64,000 nucleotides of DNA from Clostridiales bacterium (lineage in GTDB: Bacteria; Bacillota; Clostridia; Christensenellales; CAG-138). The notes beneath the pieces were generated by a model. It saw nothing but the letters and a program-made list of their open reading frames with translations, did not search any database and was not told where the DNA came from. Positions 61,984-64,000 of the stretch are shown piece after piece (position 1 is the first letter of the stretch; each line of letters starts with the position of its first letter). The stretch covers positions 870-64,869 of the forward strand of contig JAILRE010000009.1 in NCBI GenBank assembly GCA_024698505.1, given 5' to 3'. The translations under genes and the position numbers were made by a program.

Positions 61984-62913
61984 TTATTCCATATTCAGCT
62001 CTTCCGCCACGATGTAAAGCGGCCTGTCCTTGAGCTCGTCGTACATGCGGTTGAGGTACATGCCCTGGAGGCTCATGAAGAGCAGTGTCACGGCGTTGAG
62101 ACCGACGAGACCGCAGAGCGCCCAAAGCCATGCGGGGAAGCTCACCTTGCAGCAGGCGAGCACTATCAGCGCGACGAGACCGAGCCCGGCAAGCGTCAGG
62201 AGCACGGCGCCGAATTCGCCGCAGAGCGTCAGTGGCCTGTCGGAGAAGCCGATTATGCCGTCGGAGGCGAGCCTCAGCATCTTCTTGAGCGTGTATTTCG
62301 TCTTTCCGGCGAAGCGCTCGTTCCTCACGTATTCGATGGGGACCGCCTCGAAGCCCATCCAGCCGCTCATGCCGCGCAGGAACCTGTTATGCTCGCGCAT
62401 TTTGAGGAAGACGTCGGCGACCTTGCGGTCGATAAGGCGGAAATCGCCGGTATCGAGGGGGATGGGGGTGGCGCTCATGGACTTGAGCACGCGGTAATAG
62501 GCGAAGGCGGTGAGCTTCTTGAATATCGTTTCGCCCTTCCTCTTGAGCCTCTTGCCGTAGGCGATATCCGCGCCGTTCTCCCAGGCCTTGACCATATCGG
62601 CAATGACCTCGGGCGGATCCTGCAGGTCGACGTCTATTATTATGAGCGCGTCGCCCTTCGCGGCGTCCATACCGCAGGTGACCGCCGTCTGGTGGCCGAA
62701 ATTGCGGCTGAAGGATCTGACCTTCACCTGGGGATTCTCCTTCGCGATCTCGCGCAGGATCTTCATGGAGCCGTCGCGGCTGCCGTCGTTTACGTAGATT
62801 ATCTCATAGGGATAGCCGATCTTCTTCATCTGCTCGTCCATCTTTTCGAACGAGATCCTGAGTACCTCCTCCTCGTTATAGACGGGGACGATGAGTGAAA
62901 GCGTCTTTTCCAT
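61984..62913 (-). CDS. Family 2 glycosyltransferase (polyprenyl-phosphate glycosyltransferase, GtrB/ArnC-like) with two C-terminal TM helices
   Basis: LSLIVPVYNEEEVL, VNDGSRDGS and IIIDVDLQDPPE. Confidence 0.85.
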   Translation of the reverse strand: MEKTLSLIVPVYNEEEVLRISFEKMDEQMKKIGYPYEIIYVNDGSRDGSMKILREIAKENPQVKVRSFSRNFGHQTAVTCGMDAAKGDALIIIDVDLQDPPEVIADMVKAWENGADIAYGKRLKRKGETIFKKLTAFAYYRVLKSMSATPIPLDTGDFRLIDRKVADVFLKMREHNRFLRGMSGWMGFEAVPIEYVRNERFAGKTKYTLKKMLRLASDGIIGFSDRPLTLCGEFGAVLLTLAGLGLVALIVLACCKVSFPAWLWALCGLVGLNAVTLLFMSLQGMYLNRMYDELKDRPLYIVAEELNME

Positions 62914-63047
62914 AGAAAGACCTCCGTTGTGTGATAAGCTAATTATACCAAGCGGACGGAAAAAGTCAATTCGGGAAAAGAAACACGCCGTGGCTTTTTG
63001 GGATAAGTTGTGTTAAAATGGTAAAAAAGCAAAGGGAGGAATACCGA

Positions 63048-64000
63048 ATGCTCATTCCCGGCGAAGAAAGGCTAAAAAGGGGCCGCGCCGCCGTGATCGA
63101 ATGCGCGGACGCGGAATGCGATATCTGTTATAAAGCCTGCGGCTTTTACGCGATAGGGAAGGGGGAGGACGGACTGCCCTATTCAAACCCTCAAAAATGC
63201 GTCGGCTGCGGGGGCTGCGCCGCGGTCTGCCCCAAAAGGGCGATAAAGCTTCTGAAGGACAGGGGGGACGGCACTTACGAGGTGACGCTCCCGTGGGAAG
63301 CCGAGCTTCCCGAAATAGACGATACCGTTCTGATAACGCCCCCCGGCGCTAAGGAGCCCGTTCGCGCGAGGGTGCTCCAGGCAAGGCCGAAGAATCCGCG
63401 CGTGTTCTCCGCGCTCGTAACGACCGCCGTTCCCAAATACGGGGAGGCGCTTTGTTCCGAGCCCGAGCCTCTGCCGAAGGATTTCCTCGTGGTCGTGGAT
63501 ATGCAGAACGATTTTGTATCGGGCTCGCTCGGCACCAAGGAGGCCGAGAGCATCGTCCCCGCGGCGGTAAAGAAGATAGAGGGCTTCAAGGGCGGCGTTT
63601 TCGCAACGCTCGACACGCATTTTGAGGATTATCTCGATACCCGGGAGGGGCGGCTCCTGCCCGTGCCCCACTGCATATCGGGGACGCGCGGCCACGAGCT
63701 CGAGCCCCTCATACGGGAGGCGCTCGAAAAGAAAAGCTATACGCCCGTCGAGAAGCTGACGTTCGGCTCCGTGAACCTTCCGAACCTCGTTCAAAACGCC
63801 GCGAACGGCGCGCCCGACTCGGTGGAATTCATAGGCCTCTGCACCGATATCTGCGTCGTCAGCAACGCTCTCATTATGAAGGCCCGCTTCCCGGAAGCCT
63901 CGATCTCGGTGGACGCCTCCTGCTGCGCGGGGGTAACGCCCGAGCTGCACGAGGCCGCGCTGAAGGTCATGCAGAGCTGCCAGATAACGGTCAAAAGATG
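63048..64000 (+). CDS. 4Fe-4S ferredoxin-domain / isochorismatase-family (nicotinamidase-like) fusion, 3' end beyond the window
   Basis: Open frame from RBS AAAGGGAGGA plus ATG 63048 to the window edge (absent from the ORF track because it has no stop). CVGCGGCAAVCP, then VVVDMQNDF, PVPHCISGTRGHE and IGLCTDICV. Confidence 0.75.
   Translation, partial: MLIPGEERLKRGRAAVIECADAECDICYKACGFYAIGKGEDGLPYSNPQKCVGCGGCAAVCPKRAIKLLKDRGDGTYEVTLPWEAELPEIDDTVLITPPGAKEPVRARVLQARPKNPRVFSALVTTAVPKYGEALCSEPEPLPKDFLVVVDMQNDFVSGSLGTKEAESIVPAAVKKIEGFKGGVFATLDTHFEDYLDTREGRLLPVPHCISGTRGHELEPLIREALEKKSYTPVEKLTFGSVNLPNLVQNAANGAPDSVEFIGLCTDICVVSNALIMKARFPEASISVDASCCAGVTPELHEAALKVMQSCQITVKR

Noticed and set aside
1-64000. 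Prophage, integrative element or classical defence island (integrase, transposase, restriction-modification, toxin-antitoxin pairs)
   Set aside because: No ORF shows integrase, transposase, terminase, capsid, methyltransferase or typical toxin/antitoxin motifs. The only compositionally foreign segments are the two short low-GC patches reported as findings.

Overview
A 64-kb chromosomal segment of a high-GC (roughly 60-65% by eye), spore-forming Firmicute, Clostridia-like (spoIIP, efp with a CD1247-like partner, many lipoproteins carrying Pro/Thr/Ala/Glu-rich linkers). All calls rest on ORF structure and motifs I recognise; no searches were run.

Most of the window is core metabolism:
- Two purine clusters: purC-purA-purB, and purE-purM-purN-purO-purH-purD-purL-folD.
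- fumC and an aconitase-family hydratase.
- A FeoA-FeoB fusion and two MATE exporters.
- A lysine-fermentation operon (kal-kce-kdd-lipoprotein-kamA-kamD-kamE) preceded by a clear lysine (L-box) riboswitch.

No rRNA, CRISPR array, integrase, transposase or phage structural gene was seen. One partial tRNA-Ser lies at the left edge.

The less ordinary parts are:
1. A minus-strand operon: membrane protein, radical SAM/SPASM enzyme, then a DUF2207-like zinc-ribbon membrane protein ending in a (Cys-Ala)n tail.
2. A BlaI/BlaR1 pair in which the M56 sensor carries a YD-repeat ectodomain.
3. A hairpin-rich repeat family found only in three convergent (3'-3') intergenic regions. One copy is bracketed by 42-bp direct repeats, and another locus holds a 19-bp-TIR palindromic element.
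4. A Y-family polymerase read through into a YolD-like ORF across an A9 tract. It sits behind a leaderless promoter with a GAAC-type operator.
5. The same operator in front of a ~25% GC ORF built from about twelve 12-nt tandem repeats.
6. A DUF45 / HExxH / HerA-like (DUF853) operon.
7. A ~40% GC single-gene island encoding a DUF1906-like protein with three CxxC units.

Most long antisense ORFs in the track are high-GC shadow frames and were rejected.
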